In this document: positions 34,537 through 40,152 of the stretch, piece by piece
Layout: the number at the start of each line of letters is the position of its first letter
Numbering within the stretch: position 1 is the stretch's first letter
Origin: an uncultured Candidatus Marinamargulisbacteria bacterium
GTDB taxonomy: Bacteria > Margulisbacteria > Riflemargulisbacteria > GWF2-35-9 > CAYUBI01
Direction of reading: 5' to 3'
Length of the DNA: 40,152 nucleotides
Assembly: GCA_964443005.1 (NCBI GenBank)
Contig: CAYUBI010000005.1
Span: 1 to 40,152 of the forward strand
Notes under the pieces: model-generated
What the model saw: only the letters and a program-made list of their open reading frames with translations
Told to the model about the DNA's origin: nothing
The model's database searches: none
Position numbers and translations under genes: made by a program

Positions 34537-35826
34537 TTATTGGTCAAGAGCAATATTGATTCGTTTTAATGTTTCTAGTTTTCCAATTAATTCTATAACT
34601 TCAAATATTCCTGGCGTAACTTTTTTTCCGGTTGCAGCAAAACGTAAGGGGTGAATATAATCAGCAGCGTTTAGTTTGTTCGTGAGCGCTAATTCACGAA
34701 TAGCCAGCTCTATGGCGTTGGCTGTAAATGTTGGCAAATTAGTTAGCATAGCCATTAATTCATTGAGCCGAATTTGAATGTTAGGTTGCTTTATAATTTC
34801 ACGAAGTTCTGTATCAATTGGCAATGATGTTGTCCCTAATAAATACAGCAATCCGGCTTCTATAGAGGGAATATCCGTTGATTTTGGCCGTAACAAATGA
34901 AGTGCTTTAGTGAATGCTGGATGATTGCAAAATTGAGGGTTTCGATTATCAATAACTTCAACTATTTTCTCGTCTGATAACATTTTAATATGTTCTCTAT
35001 TGACCCATGCCAGCTTGACTTCATCAAATATTGCAGCTTTTTTGCTGAGTTGATCTAGTGAAAAAAGGTCAATTAATGTATTCAATGAGAAAATTTCCTG
35101 ATTCCCATGTGCCCATCCTAAACGAACTAAGTAGTTAATCATTGCTGAGGCTAAAATGCCTTGATGTTGATATTCATCAATTGATGTGGCTCCATGTCGC
35201 TTGCTTAGTCGTTGTCCATCTGGGCCAAGGATCATCGGTACATGCACAAATAATGGAATAGTCAAATTCAGAGTTTCATATAAGGCTTGATATATTAGTA
35301 ATTGGCGTGGTGTATTGCTCAGATGATCATCGCCCCTAATAACATGGGTGATTCCCATTTCTGTGTCATCTATTACGCAAGAAAAATTATAAACAGGTGT
35401 TTTGTTTTGTCGTAGAATTACAAAATCATCAATTAATGCTGGATCAAATTCAATATCTCCATGCAGTGCGTCCCTAACAATTAAGGGCGTTTGAATTTTA
35501 GGTACTTTAAAGAAAACTGCATCTTCAGACGTGTATGCATGTCCGGATTGAATCATTGCCTGTGCTCGATTTTGATAGATTTCTAAGCGTTGCGATTGAC
35601 ATACAATGGGTTCGTCACTAACTAGGCCAAGCCAGGCTAATTGGCAAATTAATTGTTCTGTAAATTCTGGTGTAGAACGTGCAACATCTGTATCTTCAAT
35701 GCGAACTAGAAATTGTCCACCCATATGTTTTGCGAAAAGATAATTGAAAATGGCGGTTCGGCCACCGCCCACATGCAAATAGCCTGTGGGCGAGGGCGCA
35801 AATCGAGTTCGAACAAGGCTGTTCAC
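34537..35826 (-). CDS. gltX: Glutamate--tRNA ligase
   Basis: RFAPSPTGYLHVGG (HIGH), RIEDTD, THVIRGDDH, RLSKRHG (KMSKS) and an anticodon-binding domain. Confidence 0.96.
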   Translation of the reverse strand: MNSLVRTRFAPSPTGYLHVGGGRTAIFNYLFAKHMGGQFLVRIEDTDVARSTPEFTEQLICQLAWLGLVSDEPIVCQSQRLEIYQNRAQAMIQSGHAYTSEDAVFFKVPKIQTPLIVRDALHGDIEFDPALIDDFVILRQNKTPVYNFSCVIDDTEMGITHVIRGDDHLSNTPRQLLIYQALYETLNLTIPLFVHVPMILGPDGQRLSKRHGATSIDEYQHQGILASAMINYLVRLGWAHGNQEIFSLNTLIDLFSLDQLSKKAAIFDEVKLAWVNREHIKMLSDEKIVEVIDNRNPQFCNHPAFTKALHLLRPKSTDIPSIEAGLLYLLGTTSLPIDTELREIIKQPNIQIRLNELMAMLTNLPTFTANAIELAIRELALTNKLNAADYIHPLRFAATGKKVTPGIFEVIELIGKLETLKRINIALDQ

Positions 35827-35827
35827 T

Positions 35828-38800
35828 CTAGATATCAGCTAGTTTTTTCAAATACTCAAAATGTTTACGACGATCTGCTTCAGCTTCTGCATATAAGGCT
35901 TCCGCTTGGTTAGGATTTGAAAATTTTAGTGACGAATACCTGGTTTCGGACAATAAAAAGTCTTTGAACGGCACTGTTGGCTCTTTGGATTCCCATTTAA
36001 GTTTCTTTTCCGTAGATTGTGGATTATATCGGTAAATTGGCCAATATCCAGAATCAGCTGCTTTTTTAGCTTGATCCATTGAATATTGCATATTGATTCC
36101 ATGATTGATACATGGTGCGTATGCAACAATAATTGAAGGACCATTATATGCTTCTGCTTCCATAATTGCATTTAACGCTTGTTGTTTGTTGGCTCCCATA
36201 TCAATAGATGCCACATAGACATATCCGTATGCCATAGCCATTAGTCCAAGATCTTTTTTCGCAGTACGTTTACCACTAGCAGCAAATTTTGCTACTGCAC
36301 CTATAGGCGTAGATTTAGATGCTTGTCCGCCAGTGTTGGAATATACTTCTGTATCTACTACCAGAATATTAACATTTTCACCTGAAGCTATTACGTGATC
36401 CAGGCCACCATAACCAATGTCATAAGCCCATCCATCGCCCCCAATAATCCAAACAGATTTATCTAAAAGATAGTCGCGATTTTCACGAACAACTTCAAGC
36501 AGTTGTAGAAGATTGCCAGTTGCTGTATTCATATCTTTTTCTATGATGGAAATAACTGTGTCAGCAGCTAATACTGCTTCAGCAGTAATTTTCGTTCTGA
36601 TAGCTAGCATAATTTCGATAGCTTGTTTGAGTGGTTGCGAAATTGCTAATGTCAGAAGTTTCTCAAGTGCCTGATAAACTGTATCTCGGGTTTGGTTTAC
36701 AGAAATACGCATGCCTAGTCCAAATTCCGCATTATCTTCGAACAAGGAGTTTGCCCATGCTGGACCTTGACCTGCAGGGTTTTGACAATATGGCGTTGTT
36801 GGAGCTGTTCCGCTATAAATTGAAGTACAACCCGTTGCATTGGCTACCATCATTCGATTTCCAAAAAGTTGAGTTACTAATTTAATATAAGGTGTTTCAC
36901 CACAGCCTGCGCAAGCCCCAGAAAATTCAAATAAAGGCTGTTTAAATTGCGACCATTTTAGCGTTCCTTCTTTAATTCCGTCTGTAATGTCTTCAGGAAG
37001 TTTACTGAAAAAAGCTACATTAGGTAATTGTGTCGCTAATTCATTTTCAATCGGTTTAAATGCTAGTGCTTTTTCTTTAGCTGGACACGTAACAATACAG
37101 CTACCACAACCTGTACAATCTTCCACATAAATTTGTACCCGATATTCTAGGTTTTTATCATTTTTTGTGTTGGATTTGATGGTGATAAATTCAACTGGTT
37201 TGTTGGTTAGCTGGTCAGGTTCAATTTGTTTGGTGCGAACGACTGCATGAGGACAAACAAAGGAACATTGATTACATTGAATGCAGTTTTCTTGGATCCA
37301 ATGGGGAACTTCGGCTGCAATTCTTCGCTTTTCGTATTGCGTTGTTCCTGTTGGAAATACTCCGTTATAGGGGATTTTTGATACAGGAAGGTCATCACCT
37401 TTTAGTAAAGCAATGGGTTTAATAACTTCTTTTACAAAAGCAACGTCTACATTCATATAATTGTCACAGGTTGCACATCCAACTGCTTTAGCTGGAATGT
37501 TTACTTCATATAAATGTGCTAGCGTATGATCAACCGCAGCCCAGTTTTTTTCGACAACTTCTTTTCCTTTTTTCCCATACGTTTTTTCAATATATTTTTT
37601 GATAAGACTAATGGCTTGTTTTTCTTCTAAAACTTTTGAAATTTTAAAGAATGCAGTTTGCATAATTACGTTAATGCGATTGCCCATGCCACTTTCTTTA
37701 GCAATTTTTGAGGCATCAATCGTAAAAAACTTAATTTTTTTCTCAATGATTATCTCTTGCATATCTAGCGGAAGTTTGGCAAACACATTGTCAGAAGTAT
37801 AATTGCAATTTAACAAGAAAATGCCACCAGATTTAAGGCCTTTTAGCATGTCATATTTGCCTAAATAGGATTGATTATGACAAGCTACGAAATCAGGTGA
37901 GGTAATCAGATAAGTTGACTTAATGGGTTTGGGCCCAAAGCGTAAGTGGGAAATGGTAATCCCGCCTGATTTTTTGGAGTCATAAACAAAATGTCCTTGA
38001 GCATAGAGATCTGTTTCATCGCCAATAATTTTAATCGAGTTTTTGTTTGCACCTACAGTTCCATCTGCGCCTAATCCCCAAAACATGCATTTGACTGTTC
38101 CTTCCGGTTCAGTTGAGAGATCCGATTTTAGATCTAGGGACGTATGTGAAACATCATCGATAATGCCTATAGTAAATTGGTTTTTTGATTTTTTTTCATT
38201 AAGATTGGCGTATACTGCTTGAATCATTGACGGATTAAATTCTTTTGAAGATAGCCCGTATCTTCCGCCAACAATCACTGGCTTCTTAGCGAATTTTTCT
38301 GTTGCTTGTTCGCAATCAAGAGCAGTAACTACGTCCATATATAAGGGTTCGCCAATGCTGCCAGGTTCTTTGGTTCGATCCAATACAGAAATTTTCTTCA
38401 CAGTAGCTGGGATAGCTTCTACTAGATGTTCGACTGAAAAAGGACGATATAAATGGACTTTGACAAGTCCAATATTTTCGCCTTTTTTGCTCGCATAATC
38501 AATATATTCTTCAATAGCTTCGCAAGCTGAACCCATGGCTACAATGATGTGCTCTGCTTTGGGGTTCCCAATATAATCAAAAAGATGGTATTGTCGCCCA
38601 ATGACTGTAGCTACACGATTCATTGTTTCTTGGACGATTTCTGGAACTGCTTGATAATAGTTATTAACAGTTTCTCGACCCTGAAAATATATATCTGGAT
38701 TTTGTGCAGTACCTCGAAGCGTTGGCTTGTTTGGATTCATTGCGCGGTCTTTAAAAGATTGAATGGTTTTTTTGTTAACCAGACTTGCAATAGTTTCATA

Positions 38801-39367
38801 GGTTAGTTCATCAATTTTTTGAACTTCGTGAGACGTTCTGAATCCATCAAAAAAGTGAAGAAAGGGAACACTAGATTCTAAAGTTGCTAAATGAGATATA
38901 AGTGCCATATCCATAGCTTCTTGTACTGAGTTTGAGGCAAGTAATGCAAATCCAGTTTGGCGTACTGCCATAACATCTGAGTGATCGCCAAAAATGGAGA
39001 GTGCTTGGCATGCCAAACTGCGAGCAGATACGTGAAATACAGTAGGAATGAGTTCGCCTGCAATTTTATACATGTTAGGGATCATCAATAACAATCCTTG
39101 AGATGCTGTAAACGTTGTTGTTAATGAGCCAGAAACAAGGGCTCCATGAACTGCACCTGCAGCACCACCTTCAGATTGCATCTCAACAACTTTAAGAATT
39201 TGATCGAAAATATTTCGGCGACCTTTAGCTGCCCATTCATCGCAGTTTTCTCCCATATTTGAAGATGGGGTAATTGGATAAATTGCTGCCACCTCGCTTA
39301 GTGCATACGCCACATGAGACGCTGCTTGATTACCGTCAATTGTTACAAAATTCTTTTTCTTAGCCAT
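35828..39367 (-). CDS. nifJ: Pyruvate:ferredoxin (flavodoxin) oxidoreductase
   Basis: AIYPITPSS, MQSEGGAAG, CIQCNQCSFVCP, CTGCGSC..TCP, FSGACAGCGE and GGDGWAYDIG motifs. Start moved to ATG 39367, after AGGAAGG. Confidence 0.97.
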   Translation of the reverse strand: MAKKKNFVTIDGNQAASHVAYALSEVAAIYPITPSSNMGENCDEWAAKGRRNIFDQILKVVEMQSEGGAAGAVHGALVSGSLTTTFTASQGLLLMIPNMYKIAGELIPTVFHVSARSLACQALSIFGDHSDVMAVRQTGFALLASNSVQEAMDMALISHLATLESSVPFLHFFDGFRTSHEVQKIDELTYETIASLVNKKTIQSFKDRAMNPNKPTLRGTAQNPDIYFQGRETVNNYYQAVPEIVQETMNRVATVIGRQYHLFDYIGNPKAEHIIVAMGSACEAIEEYIDYASKKGENIGLVKVHLYRPFSVEHLVEAIPATVKKISVLDRTKEPGSIGEPLYMDVVTALDCEQATEKFAKKPVIVGGRYGLSSKEFNPSMIQAVYANLNEKKSKNQFTIGIIDDVSHTSLDLKSDLSTEPEGTVKCMFWGLGADGTVGANKNSIKIIGDETDLYAQGHFVYDSKKSGGITISHLRFGPKPIKSTYLITSPDFVACHNQSYLGKYDMLKGLKSGGIFLLNCNYTSDNVFAKLPLDMQEIIIEKKIKFFTIDASKIAKESGMGNRINVIMQTAFFKISKVLEEKQAISLIKKYIEKTYGKKGKEVVEKNWAAVDHTLAHLYEVNIPAKAVGCATCDNYMNVDVAFVKEVIKPIALLKGDDLPVSKIPYNGVFPTGTTQYEKRRIAAEVPHWIQENCIQCNQCSFVCPHAVVRTKQIEPDQLTNKPVEFITIKSNTKNDKNLEYRVQIYVEDCTGCGSCIVTCPAKEKALAFKPIENELATQLPNVAFFSKLPEDITDGIKEGTLKWSQFKQPLFEFSGACAGCGETPYIKLVTQLFGNRMMVANATGCTSIYSGTAPTTPYCQNPAGQGPAWANSLFEDNAEFGLGMRISVNQTRDTVYQALEKLLTLAISQPLKQAIEIMLAIRTKITAEAVLAADTVISIIEKDMNTATGNLLQLLEVVRENRDYLLDKSVWIIGGDGWAYDIGYGGLDHVIASGENVNILVVDTEVYSNTGGQASKSTPIGAVAKFAASGKRTAKKDLGLMAMAYGYVYVASIDMGANKQQALNAIMEAEAYNGPSIIVAYAPCINHGINMQYSMDQAKKAADSGYWPIYRYNPQSTEKKLKWESKEPTVPFKDFLLSETRYSSLKFSNPNQAEALYAEAEADRRKHFEYLKKLADI

Positions 39368-39534
39368 ACTATACCTTCCTTTGACACTAGATTGCTTTAT
39401 CTTGCAACATTGAGACCTGATTTTTGATGAAAAATCGATTAACATATGGCAAGACATAGTTACATAAAAAATAGGGCCTCCCTAGTTTAGCGCAAATATG
39501 TTATCCTGTCATTTGGAAGTTAGTTGAGTGATTG

Positions 39535-39611
39535 CGGGGTGTAGCGCAGTCCGGTAGCGCACTGCGTTCGGGACGCAGGAGCCGGAGGTTCAAATCCTCT
39601 CACCCCGACCA
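39535..39611 (+). tRNA. tRNA-Pro(CGG)
   Basis: Acceptor stem CGGGGTG/CACCCCG, anticodon arm CTGCG-TT-CGG-GA-CGCAG, TTCAAAT T-loop, CCA end. Confidence 0.96.
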
Positions 39612-39613
39612 AT

Positions 39614-39907
39614 TTTTATCTAATTTTTGCATTACTTGGCTTACGTATTCATGCAGAAGTTGTTACGAATCGCGGGCGAATTGACGCAGTTATCGAGCTA
39701 AAAGATACGGTCTATGTATTCGAGTTCAAGCTGAGTGGCACGAAAGAGCAAGCGCTAGAGCAGATTAAGAAAAATGACTATGCTCAAAAATATCATGGTA
39801 CTACCCAAAAGATTGTTTTAGTGGGCGTAGAATTTGATAACGAAACGCGTAATGTTGGGCAGTGGGTAACGGAACCTCACCAAACAGTCAACTATTTCAA
39901 CAAATAA
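39614..39907 (+). pseudogene. 5'-truncated PD-(D/E)XK nuclease domain of an AAA-ATPase-like/PDDEXK_9 protein
   Basis: Hand translation, not in the ORF track: FYLIFALLGLRIHAEVVTNRGRIDAVIELKDTVYVFEFKLSGTKEQALEQIKKNDYAQKY...VLVGVEFDNETRNVGQW...NK*. No start codon; abuts the tRNA CCA. Confidence 0.8.
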
Positions 39908-40007
39908 TTAGCACGAATGGGACATTTCTGTTTCAAGATGCAATTGAACGTCTTCCAGCGTATGGCGCTGGCTATGCTATTGTCGTTGGCGACGACTGAG
40001 CTTGGAA

Positions 40008-40035
40008 GTCGGGGCGAATAATTATTCGCCCTTGC
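40008..40035. repeat. REP-like palindrome (GTAG-family variant)
   Basis: GTCG + perfect 20-bp palindrome GGGCGAATAATTATTCGCCC (40012-31) + TTGC. Confidence 0.6.
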
Positions 40036-40048
40036 TATCGTCGTTCCT

Positions 40049-40114
40049 AGCGGTAACGTTGGCATTGGAACTACGTCGCCGGAAGTTAAACTTCATAATT
40101 ATGGGCGAAATTAG
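40049..40114 (+). pseudogene. Fragment of a GNVGIGTTxP beta-repeat (tail-fibre/adhesin-like) protein
   Basis: SGNVGIGTTSPEVKLHNYGRN*; in-frame stop upstream at 40019 and no ATG start. Confidence 0.55.
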
Positions 40115-40152
40115 GATACAGCCATTAAGTGGATCAGGATATGGGAAAAGTC

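Noticed and set aside
39368-39457. 30-aa N-terminal extension of PFOR in the ORF track
   Set aside because: ATG 39367 has a good RBS and matches the usual PFOR N-terminus.
1-40152. CRISPR array, rRNA or intact IS/prophage
   Set aside because: No regularly spaced repeats, rRNA-like tracts, full transposase or phage structural genes were seen; nearly all the sequence is explained by the listed genes.

Overview
AT-rich bacterial chromosomal window, apparently from a motile anaerobe or fermenter. The gene content resembles Candidatus Margulisbacteria-type genomes, but that is inference only. In order it holds: a 3' gene fragment; a minus-strand Ehr operon (Ni-less hydrogenase-4/complex I-like complex, hyfBCEFGI-like) headed by an HTH-PTS EIIA regulator; a divergent run starting with a strongly degenerate membrane pyrophosphatase homolog followed by tpiA, fba, PPi-type pfk, a methyltransferase, nadK and recN; cheW-cheA-cheB-cheY-cheX; tRNA-Thr; DUF47-pit; a small beta-barrel-like protein; the DEAD-box helicase rhlE; two large orphan proteins; trxA; an ECF sigma factor; an AbiE type IV toxin-antitoxin pair; tRNA-Leu; gltX; PFOR (nifJ); and tRNA-Pro. 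After tRNA-Pro lies gene debris: a PD-(D/E)XK fragment, a REP-like palindrome and a GNVGIGT repeat fragment. The most interesting feature is the mPPase homolog. It appears to keep the ion-gate residues while losing much of the PPi-hydrolysis site, and it sits at the head of a gene run containing a PPi-dependent PFK.
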